From Mayamaea pseudoterrestris (taxonomy: Eukaryota): a stretch of 64,000 nt of DNA. The stretch covers positions 496,001-560,000 of the forward strand of contig BROI01000015.1 in the NCBI GenBank assembly GCA_027923505.1, given 5' to 3'. A model generated the notes under the pieces. It saw nothing but the letters and a program-made list of their open reading frames with translations. It did no database searches and was not told where the DNA came from. A program made the translations under genes and the position numbers. Positions 54,947 through 64,000 of the stretch are shown here, piece after piece; position 1 is the first letter of the stretch; every line of letters begins with the position of its first letter.

Positions 54947-57900
54947 TCAGAATGATTTTGGAGCCGTGCCTGCGAAGAACTTGTCCGCCTGAATTGCATG
55001 AGCAGGGTCCGGATAGCAGAGTTGCATCAGACCAATCACGCATTCCGGCAACTGAGTTTTTGATATCAGAGAAGAAGAAAGTGAGGACATGGGCAGCAAA
55101 AGGGGCGACCTTTTCGTAAACGCAAGTACACGGACCTCGTCATCCGCTCGTCCCTCGATCGTGAATCCAAAAGTGACAAGAACTTTCTTAAAGTATGTGT
55201 CCTTAGATTTGTAACAAGAAAAAGGTTAGTCACCAAATTGGATTGAGGTGAAAGCATCACGAATCGCTAACTGATCAAACACAAACCTTAAGCCAACATC
55301 AGCAACCCGCTGATACTCACCTTCATGTAGCTCAATGCTTGCTTGCACAAGTAGGGAAACGGATGTAGGGACACATCAAATTCGATGCATGACAATTCCG
55401 GGTGGCTAAGTAAGAAGCCCGTCACACCGGCTCGCTTGACCAAAAAGGGCTTGCCGTTGTATTTCGAGATCCACGATGGCATACCGATCTCATCTAAATT
55501 GTGCGCATTGCTGACCACTTTGAATCGCGCTTGATATTTTGGATCCGAAGGCGCTCGACGCACCCATTCCTCCAAGAGTCGGGCAGCATTTACCTTGCTC
55601 TTTTGTGGATCATCGAGCTTTTCTTGCGACGGGTCGTAGCCGTCAGCAGTCACTCGCCGAAGAATTTCTCGAGTGTCCTTGTGCATTCTATAGTACATCG
55701 TGATTGTATAGCCACCGCCATCGCTACTTGTTTTTGCAAAGGCTGAAGGCGGATCCGTCGGCAAAGCAAGAGAAATGACGAAAATGTCTGGCGTGCGCCA
55801 AGTTTTTGGCTTCCCGCCGTCGTCAAAATCGCACTTAGGGAGTACGACACGAGATGCCATGTCAGGATAACGATGAGGCGACTCAAAAATATCAACTTTG
55901 ACAAGTTCGTACAGCTCGCCTGGTGATGGAACCTTGGCTTTGGTGCTGTTATAGCCATGAGATCTAACAAGCACACCGTCACCAGGCACCGCTCTCCAAG
56001 CAGCAAAATGCTCACCCTTGGCATTAACGGGAGGATCCCTTGGCTCTTTCAGTTGGACTGTCGTCGTCCCCGCAATCGGTTTCGCCAAAGGTAATGTCGT
56101 TGCCGACGCCACGACCGCCACGCCGGCTGCCGATTTAAGCCGCATGCCTGGAACCACGGCACCTGCTACTGAAGGTTGCGCTGTCGCCTTCACATGCTGC
56201 AGCAAGCTTTGCCAAGATGGCTCCTTCACTAAGCAGAGGTAGAAACCAATATTGGTCAAGAGAAAAATGTACCAAAATCCCTCAGTTGGCGTCGATGACG
56301 ACCGAGCTAGAAAAAGGCCTGCATTCACCAAACCAGCCAGCCAGCGTAGATTGTGAGCAGGTATTGACCAGACCTTCTCTGAGTTGTCTTCAGCAGCTGC
56401 TCTGGCAGCCGAATGATCCAAGGCTATGGCAGTTTCTTCGCTGGGCTCAAAGTCTAGCAGCGATCGAGTGCTTTCGTCAAGATCAACGTCCGATAAGTCA
56501 CCAGTAGTACCGACAGCGACAACAGCCTCATCTCCCTTGTAACTGTCCTCAACAACGTTTCCAATAGCGAACTTCTCGCACATCCACAAGCGATTGACAT
56601 CCTTTTCCGCGCCAATGGCCGGCGGTTTATTGACGACTGATGGTGGAAGCAACACTGCGGAAACGTCACCTTGATAGGAGGGATCAGCAGCTGCCAGTAA
56701 ATTCGCATTGTATTGATCAACACTGCACTGCACGACAACATCTGACAAAGCAGCTAGCCATGTCATCAAGGTCTTATGTTGGTTAAAACACAACTTCCAC
56801 TTTGTGTCGCTGCCGACTTTGATGCTCAACGCAAACGGAGAAGGCGCCCCGGAATGCCCATACGAGACTTGTACCACCGCCTTTTCCTTTGCTAAATCCA
56901 TATCACCCCTCGGCGAGGCTGGATCCGACGGTGCAGCGCTCCATGTCGCAGCTGCTTGATCCAGCCAGGTCGCGCGCTTGGCGACAGAAATACCTTCCAA
57001 ATCCTTGTGCTCCTCAAACGAGTTAGTCGTGACGATCGAAGCTTCATCTCCACCATCAGGTAGAAGAATACCCTTTTCACTAAAGTACATGAGCTTAGTG
57101 CCGCGAAGCTCAAAGCGTCGAAGTTCCCAAGCCGATGCTGTGAATTTGCCCATGCCACCTCGGCGCTTCCATGCAAGTCCAGACAGACGAAGGCGTTCGT
57201 TCTTTACAGATTTTAAGACAGCGTTGCTGCGCTCCGAAGCGACAGGCGATGCTTTGCCTCCAGCAGTCGAAGTCGTTGTAGTGGACGGAGGTTTTAATGC
57301 GGTCGACAGTTCTGCTGCATCATTAGTTGGTGCAACTGAGAAGACACCCGACGTTTCGCGCGATGCGGCCAGCATGTTGCTCACCGGATCACCGCTTCCA
57401 TCCGGCTTCAAATTTGATGTCGACGATCCCGACGTCCATTTCATAGCGACTGGAGCAGTAAAGTTACTTATACTCTTGGAAAGTGCTTTGAACGTTTCTT
57501 GACCTTGATTGCTTGCCTTTTTCGCATTCTCGCTTGAATTTTCCACAGCCGCTTGAAAAAAGCTCGACATTTTTTGACCCGCTGCCAAAATTGCTTGCTG
57601 CTGCTTCTCGGCGAGCGCTTGTAGCGACGCCTGCTGCTGAGAAGGTGCAGCGCTGCTGTTTGCTTTGTTTGCATCCGAAGCATCCTTGACGACACTCGCC
57701 TTGACACCAATCAATTGCTTGATTTCTTCAGGCGACATGTTTGGATTCGACTGGATAGCCAATGCTAGCGCTTCCGCCATTTTGAGTTCCTCATCGATAG
57801 CTTCGTTCGGTTCATCGGAAGAGGACACTGCGCTTGAATCAACCGGGTCAGTTGTAGTAGGGTCGGAAGATGGAACGTTTGATATAATAGCACTATCCGC

Positions 57901-58179
57901 GCTAGTGTTGCTTGCGCTCAACAACGCGTTTGCTTCATCATTTGTCTTGTTACTTGCAACTGTCGTCTTGTCATCGTCAGCCGCAGCAAAGGAAGACGCC
58001 AGTGCCTTGGGTGTCGGTGCGTTTTCCTCGGCAAAGACTAAGTCGGCTTCGGGACGAGGCCGGATGTAAACAGTTCCACCGATCGATTGATCACCAATCA
58101 GAGTCGCTGTCTTATTAGCCGGAGGCGTTACTGGAGTTGCGGCATCATTATTATTTTCGCTAGAGGAAGGAGATGGCAT
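54947..58179 (-). CDS. PH-domain plus EDR2_C (DUF1336) protein, 3 exons
   Basis: PH: GLAWKRRGG...WELRRFEL...WLAAL. EDR2_C: VRSHGY...K, RFKV, YNGKP and spliced FTIEGRADDE/LPECVIG. Confidence 0.85.
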
Positions 58180-58811
58180 TTTGTCAATCCAATGGGTCTG
58201 GCTGCAAGTGAATCAGGGACGAGGGGCGTCGAGCAATACGGTATGCACTACTGGTAGCTGCGTAATGTAATCCTGCAGAATCTACTCCGCCTGACACCTG
58301 TTAGTGTTCTTTGTTGGTGCTAGCGATCCTGCTTGCTGGATCGTCCCAAGCAGTGCAAGTAAACTTGACAGCACCGGCGGTCCATCGACGAATGAACCAT
58401 GGTGAAGCGATTCACGCCAGCATCGCATGAGTACGACTAAACTATGTCGCATCATTTGGTGGCTGTGCTTTGATGGTCAGCTACTTTGGTTCTCCCAAAC
58501 GAGCAAGACATGCGGAGCAAGTTCACAAGAAAAAAGCAGCAGCTTTCTTTGATGCGCCTGACTACTATATGATTATCTTTTAATCAATAAACTCCATGTG
58601 CTGATATTCTAAAGTTGATCTGCCGCTTGTCATTGTGACTTCCACCATCACATCGTAGCGGTACTAATCGAAAGTTTCGACGTTTTTGCGGCTTCGCGCA
58701 ACCATGGCATTATTCATCGACGTGTTGCTGACGCGTCTCGTCAACATTGGACCAGGAAGACTACAATCTACACCCTGGTTTCTCAAGGAAGAAAGCATCT
58801 AGAAAGAATTG

Positions 58812-60584
58812 ATGGATATGAATTACGAGAATCCTGGCAATGGAGCAATTCCCTCGATGCCACCGTTTCCTTCGTCGAGCGCTTCGACCGCTGAAACTGC
58901 AGCGTCGGTTGCATCCTATGCATGTCCGTCCTGTGGAATTGATCAGCAGCGACTAGCGCTTCTGCAGGAGCATGTCTCCCTGGAGGAGCAATTGCTCAAG
59001 GAAGACAAGCGCAACTTCAAGCGACGACTCAAGGCTGCCAAGGCAACGGCTCGAAAGACGCAGGTTCACGCCGAGAACCAATTGCTGCTGGCCGACAAGC
59101 AAATGAGGGAATGCGAGCAGAAAATTAAAACCAGCAAGGATGAAATTGAAGTCTATAAGCTACAGCTCGAACGTGCCGAGCAGGACATGGAGAAACTTGC
59201 TCAGAAGCTCCAAGCCGAGCAACAACACCATGAACAGGAGCTTGCCGAAATGAAGCGACAGCATCAAGACCAAGATCTGCAACCACTCATTTCGAACGAC
59301 AGTACGCTAATGGTCCAGGAGATTTTGCAATCTGTCGCTCTTGACGGAGATGTCTCCGAACAAGTTATTGAACTAAAACGACAGCTTGACGAAAAACAAT
59401 CTGACATTGATGGATACGAAATGCAGTTGCTAGAGATGGAGCGAGAACTTGATCTGTTGCGTTCATTGGGCGAAGAAATGTCCACCGTCGGTGGACATGA
59501 TTCTGATGAATGCCAAAACTGTCAGCTACTGCAGAGCAAGATGAGTCGAATGGAACAAGATGTTTTGCGACAGAAGGAAGATTTACACAAGCAAGGACAG
59601 AGTCAACTGTATGAGCTCCAGCAACAAGCATATGCTTCCCAAAAGGCAACCGCTGATGCTGAAGAAGCTCGAAAAGAACTTGAAGTGGCTCTCCAAGACG
59701 AAATTGAGGCGAAGCGCCAGCTTGAAGCCGAAAATGCGGCGCTCTTGGAAAAGTTGATTGCTCAACAGCGGTTGGACGAACCAGACGAAGAGATCGACGG
59801 ACCGGATATATCCAGACTGGCTGATACGGTGACGACTATTTCGGGAAACGAAACTGTGCTCACGCTTGCCACCGAAGCGGATACCATTGTCAGCACGGCT
59901 GCTCTCTCCCCTCTGCAAGGTAACGATGACGACAACAAGTCGTTCAAGCAAGAAAATAACGGATTACGTACCATTCAAGAGCAGAATGATTGCAGCCCCG
60001 TCCAGCCTGTGCGTTGTCTCTCGTTACATCCAGCGCCGTCCACAAACACATTTCTTGTTTTTGAGAAAGAGTATCATGGATCTGAATTGGTCGGTATGTA
60101 CACTGGCCAAATGGCTAACAGTGCTGCTGCGAATGGCAATGTCCCTCATGGCCTTGGTACTCTTCGATTGGACGATGGGGCTGTCATGGATGGAACTTGG
60201 GAATCGGGCCTCTTGCAGGGCAATGGCGTATTGGCTACGATTGACGGGGACGTTTACCACGGCGGCTGGGACCAAGGCAAGAAACACGGACTGGGCACGC
60301 TGGTTTACAGTGATGGAAGAGTTTATCGTGGCAGTTTCGTAAATGACCATCGCGAAGGCCATGGATATATTACTTGGCCATATGGAGCGCATTACCAGGG
60401 AGAGTTTCGCAACGACAAGCGGAACGGAGCGGGAGAATATAGATATGCTGATGGTAGAACCTACTCTGGGATGTATCTCGATGACAGACCACACGGATAT
60501 GGCGTCTTGCGGGCTCGAGACAATTCAACAATTTACGACGGACAGTGGGAGCTTGGGGAGTTTCTTGGCGACGGAAAGCACTGA
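58812..60584 (+). CDS. Coiled-coil protein with C-terminal MORN repeats
   Basis: Long E/Q coiled coil followed by about 7 MORN repeats (e.g. YHGGWDQGKKHGLG, YQGEFRNDKRNGAG). Confidence 0.9.
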   Translation: MDMNYENPGNGAIPSMPPFPSSSASTAETAASVASYACPSCGIDQQRLALLQEHVSLEEQLLKEDKRNFKRRLKAAKATARKTQVHAENQLLLADKQMRECEQKIKTSKDEIEVYKLQLERAEQDMEKLAQKLQAEQQHHEQELAEMKRQHQDQDLQPLISNDSTLMVQEILQSVALDGDVSEQVIELKRQLDEKQSDIDGYEMQLLEMERELDLLRSLGEEMSTVGGHDSDECQNCQLLQSKMSRMEQDVLRQKEDLHKQGQSQLYELQQQAYASQKATADAEEARKELEVALQDEIEAKRQLEAENAALLEKLIAQQRLDEPDEEIDGPDISRLADTVTTISGNETVLTLATEADTIVSTAALSPLQGNDDDNKSFKQENNGLRTIQEQNDCSPVQPVRCLSLHPAPSTNTFLVFEKEYHGSELVGMYTGQMANSAAANGNVPHGLGTLRLDDGAVMDGTWESGLLQGNGVLATIDGDVYHGGWDQGKKHGLGTLVYSDGRVYRGSFVNDHREGHGYITWPYGAHYQGEFRNDKRNGAGEYRYADGRTYSGMYLDDRPHGYGVLRARDNSTIYDGQWELGEFLGDGKH

Positions 60585-60774
60585 TTTTATAGACTTTGCT
60601 TACTATAACTATGCTGCCTTTATTGGTGGTGCTCGCAAATGCCAACTATCCTATCTCTTATCGCATAGATGGGTGTTTTTATGCTGTCAAAAATTGTGCT
60701 AATACTGTAAAGAATATTTTCACCAAGTCACTTTCGCATCACTTATCACTAAACAACGTACTCAACACACATTA

Positions 60775-63213
60775 CTAAGGATCAATGCCACGATCATCTC
60801 CAGCATCATACCCTGTCACTGGATCCAAGCCACGACGAGCCATTCGTGTCTGCTGCGCCATGATACTTTTTAGTAAGGGCTCATTAGCCACTGGTATAAT
60901 TTGCTGCACTTCGTTCATATCTTCAACAGCCCGTGCGCCGCGCTCTACAGGATCGATGACCGAAATCCTTACGGGACGTAGTGCATCGCTCCCTGTGTCA
61001 GGTTGCATCCAGGGCGATACATGCATCGAATGAATGTTGTCGAAATACTGCGGAGGCAAAGTCGTATTTTCTGCGGATGGCTTGGAGCCCGACCTTTTCA
61101 AAATAGATTTCGGCATGCCAGTAGGTGATTTACTATTAGTCAAAGGTTTCCTTCGTTTCTTAGCCGATAAAGACTCCTTATGGTTTGACTGACTCGAATG
61201 ACTGGCACTGATAGCCGCATGATTGTAGCTCGACTTGGTGCTTCGCTTGGAGTTGGAACGTTTTAGTGGCGCAGATTCGGATGCAGTCATTCTCGGATAA
61301 TGCAAAGCATTTGTGCATGTACCCTCACAAGTCGATAAATCAATAGGAGTTTTGATATTATTGCGACGTTGGAACCAGCGTAAGCTGCGTTTTGTCAAGG
61401 AGCCACTATTCGACTTCGCATCCCCGCTGGATAGATTGGGAATTTTGAGCGCCGCTACGTCGCCGGCCATGTTTTCCACAAGATACTTGTCCTCTTCAAC
61501 GAAGTATTTTTCTTTTTCGTTGTCAGAATCGTCTGCAATGTCATCTTCGTCGCGACCAAAAGAGGCGACTTGAGCACAGCGATTATTTGTTCGGCGTGTC
61601 GTGCTCGTACGATCCTTGCAAGGGCTCCAAATTTCAAAGCATTCTTCATTGTCAGCCTTAATTCTGTACCTATCGGCATCCTCTGCTTCAAAAATACTGA
61701 TTTTGTATTTGTCGTCTAATGTACCACCAGTTGACAAAGGACTTTGCGACATCATCAGTTGCAGGTCCACGTTAACGTCCATGTCGGCTTCATGCCCGGC
61801 CTCGTAGGATTCTGCGGCGGATCCAATTTCTGATTTGGCGCTAGCCACAGCATCCTCTGGCAAGCCTTCCGAATTTAGTTGTTGCTTTAATGCTATCGGC
61901 GGTTGCTTCGAAGCGGCAACGAAGATTGGATCGGTGCTTGGAGAAAGATGACGCGACTTTTGAACCGACGCATCTTCCTGAGGCTTGACATGCGTTGTCG
62001 TCAATTTTGTTTCTTTGATGAAGCTTCCTTCCTTACCGCCATGAAGAGGCTTGCGAGGTCTACGTTGGTCTTCCACTTTGACGACCACCATATGCCCTGC
62101 GAGCTTGCCATCATTGCAGGGGACAGCTTGTGTCATGTCCAGCTCCCTAGTATCTACAACATCTTCCTCATCTTCGCAACCGTCGACCACTTGGAATTTA
62201 AATCGCTGAATTTTCTTTTCATGAATGACTTCCGATACTGGTGGCGTATGTCGCTTGTCGTCAACAGCCCCCGTTTTGTTAAAGCTAGCCTCTGCTTTAC
62301 GAGAACGAAAGAGATGCGCAATCCTCAAGCGCTTCTTCTTGACTTGCACGACGCCATCTTTCCTCTGCCGCGGTGAGTCATCTAAAGGTCCATCAAGAAT
62401 CTCATTTAGCGAACTCATAGACATCAAATCAAAGCAATCCGACTTGCTGCCGGCAATATTTTTCGCGGAGGGCAACTCGAATGTGTTGTTGAAACCCAGC
62501 GTACTAATGTCTTGGTCGTCTTGATGCTCAGTATTGACGGTGGCCAGATCCAATCCTTCATTTAGAGCGAACACGCTCGACGGAAGGAGCACACGAAAGC
62601 CCTTCCAAACGTTAGCGTCCGACACCTCAACTGACTCCAACGACATGATGACATGCTCACGCGCCTGTTTCTGGTCACTAGTTTGGGTATCCATACCCAA
62701 GAGAAATCGCGCTTGATTCGCTAGCTCAAACGCCGATTCTGCCAATTGCAATCGCTGCTCGGGTTTGGTACTGGCGATGGCTCGGGTGAGCATGCTTGTG
62801 GCAGCTTGCGCCTTTCGTTCTGCCTGCTTGCGCTTGTCTTCGTCAGCATTTGTTGTACTCAGCAAAGGAATAGACGTCGCGTTGACTCTTATATCGCCAC
62901 CGTTGCTACTGCTCTCATTCAAAAGGAGAATTTTGGCCTTGTGCTTTTGCGTCTTCTTAGCGCTGTCGTTGGATGGAGAAGCAATCTTCCATACGGACCG
63001 TCGTGGTGTGTCTTCAACCCAGAGAGCCTCCTGTCCCATTTCTTGCGGTGAAATTGGCATGATGTATTGGTCCGGTGTTTGCAACGCTTCGTCTTGTCTT
63101 GTCTCTTCCTCGGCCTCTTTCAACTGCACCTCATCGACGACTTCGACAAAGAGTTTGCTATCCGTATGCAAGACAGTGGTGGGAAAAACTGCTTGTTCGC
63201 AACTTTCCGTCAT
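60775..63213 (-). CDS. Hypothetical, largely disordered protein
   Basis: Uninterrupted ORF of more than 800 aa, S/D/E/K-rich, with no recognised domain. Confidence 0.75.
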   Translation of the reverse strand: MTESCEQAVFPTTVLHTDSKLFVEVVDEVQLKEAEEETRQDEALQTPDQYIMPISPQEMGQEALWVEDTPRRSVWKIASPSNDSAKKTQKHKAKILLLNESSSNGGDIRVNATSIPLLSTTNADEDKRKQAERKAQAATSMLTRAIASTKPEQRLQLAESAFELANQARFLLGMDTQTSDQKQAREHVIMSLESVEVSDANVWKGFRVLLPSSVFALNEGLDLATVNTEHQDDQDISTLGFNNTFELPSAKNIAGSKSDCFDLMSMSSLNEILDGPLDDSPRQRKDGVVQVKKKRLRIAHLFRSRKAEASFNKTGAVDDKRHTPPVSEVIHEKKIQRFKFQVVDGCEDEEDVVDTRELDMTQAVPCNDGKLAGHMVVVKVEDQRRPRKPLHGGKEGSFIKETKLTTTHVKPQEDASVQKSRHLSPSTDPIFVAASKQPPIALKQQLNSEGLPEDAVASAKSEIGSAAESYEAGHEADMDVNVDLQLMMSQSPLSTGGTLDDKYKISIFEAEDADRYRIKADNEECFEIWSPCKDRTSTTRRTNNRCAQVASFGRDEDDIADDSDNEKEKYFVEEDKYLVENMAGDVAALKIPNLSSGDAKSNSGSLTKRSLRWFQRRNNIKTPIDLSTCEGTCTNALHYPRMTASESAPLKRSNSKRSTKSSYNHAAISASHSSQSNHKESLSAKKRRKPLTNSKSPTGMPKSILKRSGSKPSAENTTLPPQYFDNIHSMHVSPWMQPDTGSDALRPVRISVIDPVERGARAVEDMNEVQQIIPVANEPLLKSIMAQQTRMARRGLDPVTGYDAGDDRGIDP

Positions 63214-64000
63214 CTCGTTCAGCGCACCAGAAGCTTTCAACGATTAAAACTGCTCTACTTGAAAGCTATACACACGCTGGCACGAGACTTTACTTGTCGG
63301 GTGCTTGAGATGCGCGATGCTCGATGCGCGGAAATTGTGGTCTAAAATGGGCGAGGAAGTGCGATGGGTATCCTTGTGGATCTCCCTCCGCGTGAACGAG
63401 CGAGCCGATAGTCGCGCCGGCCGACTCAGAAGGTGCTACCGGTACGACTACGACAAAAAAGTTGCCCACACTACAATTATCGCGCGATTGCTTATGTACT
63501 AACTGTCTAACTGTAAAGGTACGGTCATCACAGATCATCGGATATGTACATCTAAGACGTTGACCGCAGCTACAAAAAAGGTGATGCTCTCGTGGTCTAC
63601 TGCATGAACCTCGGATTTAAGTGGTCGGACAACGTGACGCACATTGTGCCCGGCCGCTCTCGATTGACATTCGGATAAAGAATTGACGGCAATATTCTTC
63701 GTGTCATTCGAGAATCGATGTTGCCTACTGGCGTATTTACAATGGCCCGATGAAGGTGCGTCAGTCATTTTTGACTTTCGTGGGTCACGGACGCGGAGTT
63801 ACCCGGCATATCTTGGGTCACGTTGTCAGCCTTTGCAACGAAGTTGCCCTCGTCCCTCGTCAAGAAACACTTTTGACGCTCTTTGAAAACAGACCAAGAG
63901 AATTTGTTGGCAAGAGAAGGCAGCGCGCAATTGATGGATAGATGGAGACTCGATACAACAACCTCGAAGCTGACGCAGGTCCAAGCGAGAGCGACGAATC

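Noticed and set aside
4030..63247. Numerous antisense ORFs overlapping called genes (e.g. 4030-4635, 14547-14957, 18299-18802, 56978-57502)
   Set aside because: They are shadow frames of real CDSs, Ser/Leu-rich and without independent motifs.
63290..64000. Short ORFs at the right edge
   Set aside because: Stops occur in all frames with no recognisable domain. A possible start (METRYNN..., near 63942) is too short to call.

Overview
Gene-dense eukaryotic nuclear DNA with short GT-AG introns (mostly about 80-110 nt) and bipartite ASAFAP-type plastid presequences. This is most consistent with a diatom or related stramenopile (inferred from gene content, not searched). About 33 protein genes are supported. 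Recognisable ones: RPL39 (missed by the ORF track), RPS18, RBM28/NOP4, OLA1, MTHFR, SCOT, COX11, OSCP, PAM16, a CPF1-type cryptochrome/photolyase, CaMK and PKG-like kinases, HSF and bZIP transcription factors, an MscS-like channel, a PH+EDR2_C protein and two MORN proteins. Most notable non-standard observations: (1) one 42-bp repeat family forms two arrays in opposite orientation (30879-31189 and 42867-43034), each in a divergent-promoter gap, with a conserved TGACG-led 28-nt core and a more variable 14-nt part; (2) an Smr-nuclease protein carries about 11 tandem UIM-like motifs; (3) a 412-nt structured intron splits the RPS18 start codon; (4) MTHFR has a small SH3-like tail instead of the eukaryotic regulatory domain; (5) TACCGGTA recurs in intergenic DNA; (6) an FAD monooxygenase gene is frameshifted. 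No rRNA, tRNA, transposase or true CRISPR was seen. All intron coordinates were read by eye.
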